Below are positions 53,804 to 64,000 of a DNA stretch of 64,000 nucleotides, in pieces. Numbering within the stretch: the stretch's first letter is position 1; every line of letters starts with the position of its first letter. The DNA is from Eledone cirrhosa. Its lineage: Eukaryota. Made by a program: the position numbers and the translations under genes. The stretch is taken from positions 96,968,001-97,032,000 of the forward strand of contig OZ024743.1 of assembly GCA_964016885.1 (NCBI GenBank). Direction: 5' to 3'. Under the pieces are notes generated by a model. That model had not been told where the DNA came from, did no database searches, and worked only from the letters and a program-made list of their open reading frames with translations.

Positions 53804-55300
53804 CATACATACATATATATATATATATATAAACAACAAATAAAAATAACAAAAATAAAGGAATATTTTCTTTTGAGCTTGCTGTTCTACCAGAGGTTCT
53901 ACGTTTTCATCCCACAATGCATTTATTATTTCATTCTTCACTTTCAACATTGTTTGTTTTTTAAAAGTGTGTTTCCTATATTGACATGAATCTGTTGCTA
54001 CTAGAAAACAAAACATCTAAAAACAATGAAGGCATTACGTATTTAATCTAAACCATTACTCTGTAAGAATTGTGTTGAGAAATGATGGTATGGTGGATTA
54101 ACTTAAATCAACTTGAAACAAACATTATAATTGATGCATGAAAAATAAATATGTTAGATTCTAAAATATGTAATATAGGGAGTCGAAACACTGATTAACT
54201 GAGATTGTCCAAGAATTCATTAACAAAAACTCTCTTTAGCCAGTGTTTAAAAGTTAGAAATAAATTAAATGAAATCTTGAGAAATAAAGAAAAGGCTATG
54301 TAGGAGCGAATCTGGGTTTTAAGCCAATTGGGGAAAGTAACAAACATGTTTTTTGGATTATTAAGTCACCTTGACGAAATATTCTGCTCAGTTGGCAAGA
54401 TTAAGATTGATCATTCAATAAAGACACAAAGGAAATAAATATAAAAATATAAAAATCTTTTCTTAATTAATCTAATTAATTCTGAAATAAAAACCTCTTT
54501 AAGGTTAATAGAATAAGTACTAAGTATATACTAGAGACAGTTCAATAATCTATATTTCTTCAATTTCCTAGCAGCTGATAATGAGAATTAATAGAATTTA
54601 AGTCAATCACCTGAAACATGCAAACAAGCAAATACTTCAAATGATATTTTAAATGATTTCTTTAATTAATTAGTGCCCATAGATACTGAAATCACTCTCA
54701 GACTTGTAACATTAGCACTTATGGAGAAACTGTAGTCAGCAAGAAGTTTCAGATGGATGCAATCCTGGATTGGAAGGATTAATTAAATAGTATTTAGTAT
54801 GTTTATAGGGTGGGTGAGACATGTTAGGAGAAGGAAAGGCAGGTTAAGTTTGATAATTCAGATGAACAGGAACTGTTTTAGCTGTGATGGAAGGAACAGT
54901 GTGATGATACATGTTGATGCACCAATGATTGTTGTCTGCTGGTAAATGAATGTTGGCTAATCCATTTATGCACAAAAGAAATGTTTAAGTATCATCAACT
55001 GCTGGATGATGTGTTCAAGTATATGATGGTCATTTTTGTAGCCAAGACAAGATCCTTTATTCTTAATTGTCCAAATCTAGTTTAAGAAGCTGTATGAAAT
55101 GCATATAGGGCCTCCTAGAAAATTAGCAGAAATTGCAGCTTTTATCCCCTTTAAAGTTGCTGTAATAAATATATTAAGCAAATATAAGTAGACATGCATA
55201 CACCTACACATGCACACCTCCTTACCATCTCTTCCTCCTATATATATATATTGCTTGCAGGGAGAGTAGACATTAAATGATGATTATGATGATGATATAC

Positions 55301-55383
55301 ATATTCATTTTATTAAGGCTAAATAGAGCAGACGAAACTCCAGAGTAACAAGATTCACTATTTAGCCTTAATAAAATGAATAT
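55301..55383 (+). repeat. 26-bp perfect inverted repeat enclosing an HHR 3' half
   Basis: The loop contains GAC-GAAA-CTC CA GAG-TA-ACAAG; the right arm contains AATAAA. Confidence 0.7.
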
Positions 55384-55431
55384 TTAAAGTCTACTTTGGT
55401 ATTGAGTAGTCTCTTATCTTGGCCATCAACT

Positions 55432-55462
<31 letters not shown>

Positions 55463-55498
55463 GGAAAAGAGTCAGGACATTAAAAGATGATGATAATG

Positions 55499-55530
<32 letters not shown>

Positions 55531-56840
55531 ATGTGTGTGTGTGTGTGTAGATATAATAACAACTGTATATTTCAAAGTTTTGTCAAACTTACTGACATTT
55601 GAAAACCATTTTGAAAAGCTGGCATATCCAACGGAACTTTGAAGTAAACAGTGTCTATTAATAACAAATATTATATTGACTCTATATACTAACCCATGCT
55701 AGCGTGGAAGAACGGACGTAAAACGGTGATGATGATGATGATGATGATGATACAGAAATTTCCTCATTGAAGACATATTTAGTATGTGTTTATTACACAA
55801 ACTCATAAAACAAGCACACATATATATAAATATATATATTTGTGTATGTAGATATGTTTAAACATCTTTACTCAATGTGACATGTAAATACTTAGAATAT
55901 ATAAGCATATAATGGATATATTGTATATTCAAGCTTATCAACAATCTAACATCGTTATCTTAGTCTTAGAATTTTGTTTTCTACATTTTATTACATTATT
56001 GTTTTTAATGTTTTCTGTTAGGGTTGGAGTTTTACTCTAACGTAATTCTTCTCTATATCAATTAAGGCATTGTATGTATGTCTAAGTGTGTGTGTATATA
56101 TATATATATGTGTGTGTGTGTGCAGACATAGATACATAGATAGATAGATAGATATAGAGACAAGAAGCAACACCATTTTTCTTCATAATCTACTAGCCTA
56201 CCGTTATTATGGAACACACACACACACATATATATGAACACATACATACATTATATGTACTATATTATATATTGTGTATGTTAACCAATGTTACCATGAT
56301 AAGCTATATCTTTGTTTGACACGGAATCCTTCACACTATTCTAATATTCACTTAAAGCAGGGATTCTTTTTTTCAATTCCAGACCCCTATACTGTTGCCC
56401 ACAATGTCTTCACATCTCTTTCGGCAGAGTCTTAAAATCATCAGCACCATTTAACAGTTTAATTAGGGCCAGTAAGACTTTAGAAAAAGTCAATCACTTG
56501 TTTTTATTTTACATATGGATAACCAAAAGGAGAACAAGAATGAAATTCATAGAGATTTGTCATCATCATCATTTCATGTTCATTTTTTCATGCTGTTGTA
56601 TGCTAGATGTTATATCATAAACCCTGTCAGTATTTAATTGGAACTCTCCTCTTAAATGAACCAGACGACATCTTGTTTACATACATTTCTACAGCTGGAT
56701 GATCTTTTTAACATTAACTGCCTTTACAACATGTACTAGATAGATTTTATCATGGCACCAGCTCTAGAGAAATTGTTAAATCCATTTCTTTATCGATAAA
56801 AATATTATGTCACTTACAACCAAGGAGGGTTAGTTATTGC

Positions 56841-56921
56841 CCTCCCAATAAGGACCATCTAATTTAACCTCCCAATAAGGACCATCTAATTTAACCTCCC
56901 AGTAAGGACCATCTAATTTAA
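56841..56921. repeat. 27-bp tandem repeat, 3 copies, abutting a MITE
   Basis: Unit CCTCCCAATAAGGACCATCTAATTTAA. Confidence 0.92.
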
Positions 56922-57142
56922 CTCTTTAGCATTTAAACAGACTGTATCTGGGCAGAACTATCTCACCTCTTTCTGTTTGAACCGGCTTTAACTGGCCACT
57001 CATACCTACATTAAGGTATTGTTCTCAAAATAAATAACATCAAAATCTCATAGATTCGATATTATGTGAGATAATTATATAAGATAAAGCCTTTACCACA
57101 AAAATACAATAGTATATATAGAGTAATGTAAATACTAAAGGG
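56922..57142 (+). mobile_element. piggyBac-type MITE
   Basis: TTAA flanks; colinear with 32528-32746. Confidence 0.85.
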
Positions 57143-57359
57143 TTAAAGTTTAGTAAGTTGAATACAATTTATAAAATGAAAATTATTTACAGAAGAAACA
57201 AATCAATACTAAATAGAAAGAAAGAAAGAAAGAAAAAAAAGAAGACAAGCATATTTCCCTTACAAGATACGAGAACAAGGAAGATGGTGTTGTCCTCTAA
57301 ATATTTTTGAGGGCTAACAAAGCACTCACATCATTGGCCCAAGATGTCTGACTGGGCTG

Positions 57360-57784
57360 CTGGTATCAACTAGTACCTATATCATCTAGTACTTCAGTAA
57401 GGTGTAGTAGTTACACTGGTATCAACTAGTACCCACATCACCTAGTACCTACATCACCTAGTACTTCAGTAAGGTGTAGTAGTTACACTGGTATCAACTA
57501 GTACCTACATCACCTAGTACTTCAGTAAGGTGTAGTAGTTACACTGGTATCAACTAGTACCTATATCACCTAGTACTTCAGTAAGGTGTAGTAGTTACAC
57601 TGGTATTAACTAGTACCTACATCACCTAGTACTTCAGTAAGGTGTAGTAGTTACACTGGTATCAACTAGTACCTATATCACCTAGTACTTCAGTAAGGTG
57701 TAGTAGTTACACTGGTATCAACTAGTACCCACATCACCTAGTACCTACATCACCTAGTACTTCAGTAAGGTGTAGTAGTTACAC
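57360..57784. repeat. 56-bp minisatellite, 7 copies, two with a 16-bp internal duplication
   Basis: Unit CTGGTATCAACTAGTACCTATATCACCTAGTACTTCAGTAAGGTGTAGTAGTTACA. Confidence 0.95.
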
Positions 57785-58156
57785 ATGTAAGTTTAAATGT
57801 AACTTATACTATCCAGTATAATAAGTGACAAATAAAGTACATAGTCATTCAATGGTGTCAAATTATTGAAATCCATTTCATTAACAGGTTTCTAATAAAA
57901 TGAATTGCTTATGTTCATTTTTAGAATTCATTTAGAAAAAGCCAAGAATAATTTAGAAAACTATACATTTTCACTATCTGACTAATTTTTAGATTAAAAT
58001 GATGGAAGATATTCGTTTAGTATCGATATATTTAAGATGTAGTAATGTCATATTACCTAAGATAGTGTCAACCAGGTCGAATGTTCTTATCTTGCTTTAT
58101 TATGTCTTCCTCTTTCCCCCTCCCCATCACTCTCTGTATGTACAAGTGTTAATATA

Positions 58157-58246
58157 TATATTGGGTTGTGTAACATAACTTCCTGCCGTTGTTATGAAAC
58201 TTCTTAATAAGAAAAACGGCGGGTGTTTATGTTACAATGCAATATA
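58157..58246. mobile_element. Mariner-type MITE
   Basis: TATATTGGGTTGTGTAACATAACTTCCTGCCGTT / AACGGCGGGTGTTTATGTTACAATGCAATATA. Confidence 0.65.
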
Positions 58247-58306
58247 TGAGTTTGGAACTAGCTGTTGAAATGGCAGGAGCTCAGCTGTCGGGGTCCCGAA
58301 CCTCTC

Positions 58307-58362
<56 letters not shown>

Positions 58363-58503
58363 AGAGAGAAATGTAAGTGTGTATGCCCACACATACATTT
58401 ATAAATGTTGTTATATTTGATTTAACTATTTTGGTGTTTTTACAATTCCCAGACAGAATGTGTCTAAGGCAGACATTGGATTACAAAAAGTGTAGGAGAG
58501 AGG

Positions 58504-58534
<31 letters not shown>

Positions 58535-58619
58535 AGATAAGAACTAAATCTGTCCTTTGGTATGATATAGAGATAGCCTACATTATATAAAAAGATATAC
58601 AGGCAAACATTCTTACATA

Positions 58620-58666
<47 letters not shown>

Positions 58667-58667
<1 letters not shown>

Positions 58668-58902
58668 ATCATCATCATCTTCGTTTAACGTCCATATTCC
58701 ACGTTCACATGGGTTTGGACGGGAGTTTTCCCACTTGAGGCAAGAGTGGTTGTCTTGCTCGCACATCATCATCATTTCATTTTACGTCTGCTTTTTCCTG
58801 CTTGCAAGGGTGGGATGGGAACTGATTCTGGCCTGATTTCTACAGATGGATGCCCTTCCTAACACCAACCTCATTTACAGTGAGTGCTGGGTGCTTTTTT
58901 GC
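58667..58902 (-). mobile_element. Two adjacent SINE family A 3' parts
   Basis: 58667-58762 and 58763-58902, each ending in (GAT)n on the minus strand. Confidence 0.8.
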
Positions 58903-58936
58903 ACATATATATATGGCACATATATATGGCATATAT

Positions 58937-58969
<33 letters not shown>

Positions 58970-59028
58970 CATACATATATATATATATGTGTATGTATAT
59001 ATACAACTATATAGATACATACATATAC

Positions 59029-59082
<54 letters not shown>

Positions 59083-59084
<2 letters not shown>

Positions 59085-59306
59085 GGTGGGGGCCAACTCG
59101 TTTTCGAGTACACGGCCATTACTTTATATCCATGTAGGAGAACCCCTACCGATGCGCTGAACGAGTGTGACTTTTTAGTCCAGCCAGCGACTTGAAAACT
59201 CTGGTACAAACACTACATTTGTGACAATTATTGACACATAGTGCTGGGCCCATGGTACCATGTGACGACAAGTGCAGAGAGATCTCCAGATATAAAGCAA
59301 TGCCTG
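59083..59306 (-). mobile_element. RTE LINE extreme 3' end with a C2H2 finger
   Basis: [25 protein letters not shown] and a tail hairpin CTCGAAAACGAG like that at 14687. Confidence 0.75.
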
Positions 59307-59333
59307 TATATATATATACATATACATACATAC

Positions 59334-59418
<85 letters not shown>

Positions 59419-59419
59419 C

Positions 59420-59492
<73 letters not shown>

Positions 59493-59512
59493 TACATACA
59501 TACATACATACA

Positions 59513-59546
<34 letters not shown>

Positions 59547-59578
59547 CATACATATATATACATACATACGTACATACA

Positions 59579-59614
<36 letters not shown>

Positions 59615-60035
59615 TATATAAGTATAGATATAATCGCAGGCAGTTCTCTCTTTTCTGAGATGATTGAAATGTTTTCCTTTCCCAATTTCCCTGCCTTCCT
59701 CACCCTCACACCCATCCTATCCAAAACTCTCATACATATTACTTGGCCCATTTCATGCCATGACTGCATAGATTTTTTTCAGGAGTAGCAGTCTTTATTG
59801 CAGTTAGCATAGATGACATAGATGACATCTGTGTCATCTTATGGAGATTTTATGCCTTTGACCATTGACTTTTTAGTGCGCAAAACTCATTTTGATCATC
59901 CTCTGCTTATTTTTGCACCTGCCTTCACAGCATTTCTTCAGGATAAATGGCTTGATGATATGCCATTTGCTATATTTCATGAATCTATCTTAGTGTGCAC
60001 TGAAGGGAATTCCCTTTTGCATATATCACAATATA

Positions 60036-60122
<87 letters not shown>

Positions 60123-60133
60123 ATATATATATT

Positions 60134-60164
<31 letters not shown>

Positions 60165-60173
60165 ATATATATT

Positions 60174-60204
<31 letters not shown>

Positions 60205-60276
60205 ATATATATACGAGTGCTTTTATATCAGTTATAAATATTTACTCGTTGTAACCCAACAATTTAAATAAAACTT

Positions 60277-60352
<76 letters not shown>

Positions 60353-60389
60353 AATATATATATATATATGTATATATATGTGTATATAT

Positions 60390-60451
<62 letters not shown>

Positions 60452-60570
60452 GTCTGTATAAGAATAAAATAAGCATGTTTTCCTATATAAACACATACAC
60501 AGATACACACTTATATATATAGAGAAATTATAGAAATTACATGAATCAAAGTTCTGTTTAAAACATTTAT

Positions 60571-60619
60571 TCGCTTACAATTGTTTCTTCCAAACCGAGG
60601 TTTGGAGTCTTCGGAGCAA
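60571..60619 (-). ncRNA. Minimal hammerhead-like motif, CCGAAGA core (mirror copy)
   Basis: Reverse complement of 60930-60978. Confidence 0.68.
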
Positions 60620-60929
60620 TTTTTCAATGATTTTTTACATACTTGACCTCCTTTCCAACACAAGAGACATATAGAAACATACGTATATATTGATGCACAG
60701 TGGGTTGACATCCATTATAATAATATAGCATGGCAATTTACATACAAAGATTAAAGTCATATTAAAGGACAAAATATATGACTTTAATATGACTTTAATC
60801 TTTGTATGTAAATTGCTATGCTATATTATTATAATGGATGTCAACCCACTATGCATCAATATATACATATGTTTCTGTATGTCTCTTGTGTTGGAAAGGA
60901 GGTCAAGTATGTAAAAAATCATTGAAAAA

Positions 60930-60978
60930 TTGCTCCGAAGACTCCAAACCTCGGTTTGGAAGAAACAATTGTAAGCGA
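60930..60978 (+). ncRNA. Minimal hammerhead-like motif, CCGAAGA core
   Basis: TTGCT-CCGAAGA-CTCCAAACC TC GGTTTGGAA-GAAA-CAATTG-TA-AGCGA, overlapping AATAAA at 60978-60983. Confidence 0.7.
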
Positions 60979-61410
60979 ATAAATGGTTTAAACAGAACTT
61001 TGATTCATGTAATTTCTATATAACTGCTCTGTAGAACAACTGATGTTGTTACATTGCGCTATTTATCTTACTGGTAATAAGATAGTAATAAATTACTGTC
61101 TTTCACTATTTAGGGTTTAAAATATATATAACTATAAAAGGTTTTAGTATATACATAACCATAAATAGTATCCTTAACACTTATATATATATATATATAT
61201 AATGGCGCAATTCAAATTGTTCAAATATTTAAATATTTATTTTTCTTCAATTATTTTTCTTTTATTTGAATGAAAATATTTAATAACTCGAAATCTAAAC
61301 TGAGAATAAAACCAATTCTATAACTTGCTTCTAATATTTTCATAGCAACCAGCAGTTAATTTCAGTAGTGATAACTAAAATTTAAAGATGCTTTGGTAGA
61401 ATGTTTGCAT

Positions 61411-64000
61411 ACACATCTGTGTGTATGTCTTGTGTGTGCTTCTTTGTCTGTCTAAAACACATCTGTGTATGTCTTATTGTGTGTGCTTCTGTGTCTGTCT
61501 AAAACACATCTGTGTATGTCTTATTGTGTGTGCCTCTGTGACTGTCTAAAACACATCTGTGTATGTCTTGTGTGTGCCTCTGTGTCTGTCTAAAACACAT
61601 ATGTGTATGTCTTGTGTGTGCTTCTATGTCTGTCTAAAACACATCTGTGTATGTCTTGTGTGTGCCTCTGTGTCTGTCTAAAACACATCTGTGTATGTCT
61701 TGTGTTTGCCTCTGTGTCTGTCTAAAACACATCTGTGTATGTCTTATTGTGTGTGCCTCTGTGTCTGTCTAAAACACATCTGTGTATGTCTTATTGTGTG
61801 TGCCTCTGTGTCTGTCTAAAACACATCTGTGTATGTCTTATTGTGTGTGCCTCTGTGTCTGTCTAAAACACATCTGTGTATGTCTTATTGTGTGTGCCTC
61901 TGTGTCTGTCTAAAACACATCTGTGTATGTCTTATTGTGTGTGCTTCTGTGTCTGTCTAAAACACATCTGTGTATGTCTTATTGTGTGTGCTTCTGTGCC
62001 TGTCTAAAACACATCTGTGTATGTCTTATTGTGTGTGCTTCTGTGTCTGTCTAAAACACATCTGTGTATGTCTTATTGTGTGTGCTTCTGTGCCTGTCTA
62101 AAACACATCTGTGTATGTCTTATTGTGTGTGCTTCTGTGTCTGTCTAAAACACATCCGTGTATGTCTTATTGTGTGTGCTTCTGTGTCTGTCAAAAACAC
62201 ATCTGTGTATGTCTTATTGTGTGTGCTTCTGTGCCTGTCTAAAACACATCTGTGTATGTCTTATTGTGTGTGCTTCTGTGTCTGTCTAAAACACATCCGT
62301 GTATGTCTTATTGTGTGTGCTTCTGTGTCTGTCTAAAACACATCTGTGTATGTCTTATTGTGTGTGCTTCTGTGCCTGTCTAAAACACATCTGTGTATGT
62401 CTTATTATGTGTGCTTCTGTGTCTGTCTAAAACACATCTGTGTATGTCTTATTGTGTGTGCTTCTGTGCCTGTCTAAAACACATCTGTGTATGTCTTATT
62501 GTGTGTGCTTCTGTGTCTGTCTAAAACACATCTGTGTATGTCTTATTGTGTGTGCTTCTGTGTCTGTCTAAAACACATCTGTGTATGTCTTATTGTGTGC
62601 GCTTCTGTGCCTGTCTAAAACACATTTGTGTATGTCTTATTGTGTGTGCTTCTGTGTCTTCTAAAACACATCTGTGTATGTCTTGTGTGTGCCTCTGTGT
62701 CTATCTAAAACACATCTGTGTATGTCTTGTGTGTGCCTCTGTGTCTGTCTAAAACACATCTGTGTATGTCTTATTGTGTGTGCTTCTGTGTCTGTCTAAA
62801 ACACATCTGTGTATGTCTTATTGTGTGTGCTTCTGTGCCTGTCTAAAACACATCTGTGTATGTCTTATTGTGTGTGCTTCTGTGTCTGTCTAAAACACAT
62901 CTGTGTATGCCTTGTGTGTGCCTCTGTGTCTGTCTAAAACACATCTGTGTATGTCTTGTGTGTGCCTCTGTGTCTGTCTAAAACACATCTGTGTATGTCT
63001 TATTGTGTGTGCCTCTGTGTCTGTCTAAAACACATCTGTGTATGTCTTATTGTGTGTGCTTCTGTGTCTGTCTAAAACACATCTGTGTATGTCTTATTGT
63101 GTGTGCCTCCGTGTCTGTCTAAAACACATCTGTGTATGTCTTATTGTGTGTGCTTCTCTGTCTGTCTAAAACACAACTGTGTATGTCTTATTATGTGTGC
63201 CTCTGTGTCTGTCTAAAACACATCTGTGTATGTCTTATTGTGTGTGCTTCTGTGTCTGTCTAAAACACATCTTTGTATTTCTTATTGTGTGTGCTTCTGT
63301 GTCTGTCTAAAATACATCTGTGTATGTCTTATTGTGTGTGCTTCTGTGTCTGTCTAAAACACATCTGTGTATGTCTTATTGTGTGTGCTTCTGTGTCTGT
63401 CTAAAACACATCTGTGTATGTCTTGTGTGTGCCTCTGTGTCTGTCTAAAACACATCTGTGTATGTCTTATTGTGTGTGCTTCTGTGTCTGTCTAAAACAC
63501 ATCTGTGTATGTCTTATTGTGTGTGCTTCTGTGTCTATCTAAAACACATCTGTGTATGTCTTATTGTGTGTGCCTCTGTGTCTGTCTAAAACACATCTGT
63601 GTATGTCTTGTGTGTGCCTCTGTGTCTGTCTAAAACACATCTGTGTATGTCTTGTGTGTGCCTCTGTGTCTGTCTAAAACACATCTGTGTATGTCTTATT
63701 GTGTGTGCCTCTGTGTCTGTCTAAAACACATCTGTGTATGTCTTATTGTGTGTGCTTCTGTGTCTGTCTAAAACACATCTGTGTATGTCTTATTGTGTGT
63801 GCTTCTGTGTCTGTCTAAAACACATCTGTGTATGTCTTATTGTGTGTGCCTCTGTGTCTGTCTAAAACACATATGTGTATGTCTTGTGTGTGCCTCTGTG
63901 TCTGTCTAAAACACATCTGTGTATGTCTTATTGTGTGTGCTTCTGTGTCTGTCTAAAACACATCTGTGTATGTCTTATTGTGTGTGCCTCTGTGTCTGTC
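61411..64000. repeat. 47/44-bp tandem satellite, about 55 copies, running off the window end
   Basis: Unit AAAACACATCTGTGTATGTCTT(ATT)GTGTGTGC(T/C)TCTGTGTCTGTCT. Confidence 0.97.

Larger units (their letters stand above)
60529..61181 (+). mobile_element. PLE-type terminal fragment, family P3, with 5' inverted duplication
   Basis: Arms 60529-60767 and 60782-61020, then a ~160-bp extension; homologous to 1857-2243; (TA)n flanks. Confidence 0.78.

Noticed and set aside
59630-60010. Possible transposase or LINE remnant
   Set aside because: GC-richer island, but no motif I could identify with confidence
61411-64000. CRISPR-like array (also 13119-13381 and 57360-57784)
   Set aside because: Head-to-tail repeats with no unique spacers and no cas genes; eukaryotic context

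Overview
AT-rich, repeat-dominated animal genomic DNA, intronic or intergenic, with no confident host exon. The repeat content resembles octopus (cephalopod) DNA; this is inference from SINE, RTE and microsatellite style. Almost all long ORFs in the supplied track are (TA)n translation artefacts. The real coding content is transposon-derived and partly missed by the track. It includes two Penelope-like retroelements (PLEs) of the Naiad type (RT thumb, CxC-x5-C-x5-C linker, GIY-YIG endonuclease), one of them arranged as a 4.2-kb fold-back. There are also RTE, CR1/L2-like and R4/Dong-like LINE 3' ends, two tRNA-derived SINE families, piggyBac-type and mariner-type MITEs, and three minisatellites. 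The main hidden signal is a dense set of type I hammerhead ribozyme (HHR) motifs, about 10 complete or near-complete plus several halves, from about 8 sequence families. They sit at the ends of short elements inserted in (TA)n tracts, usually upstream of AATAAA, and many are folded back on themselves with the inversion point inside or next to the ribozyme. All structures and translations were done by hand. Element boundaries are approximate; ORF and ribozyme coordinates were counted out.
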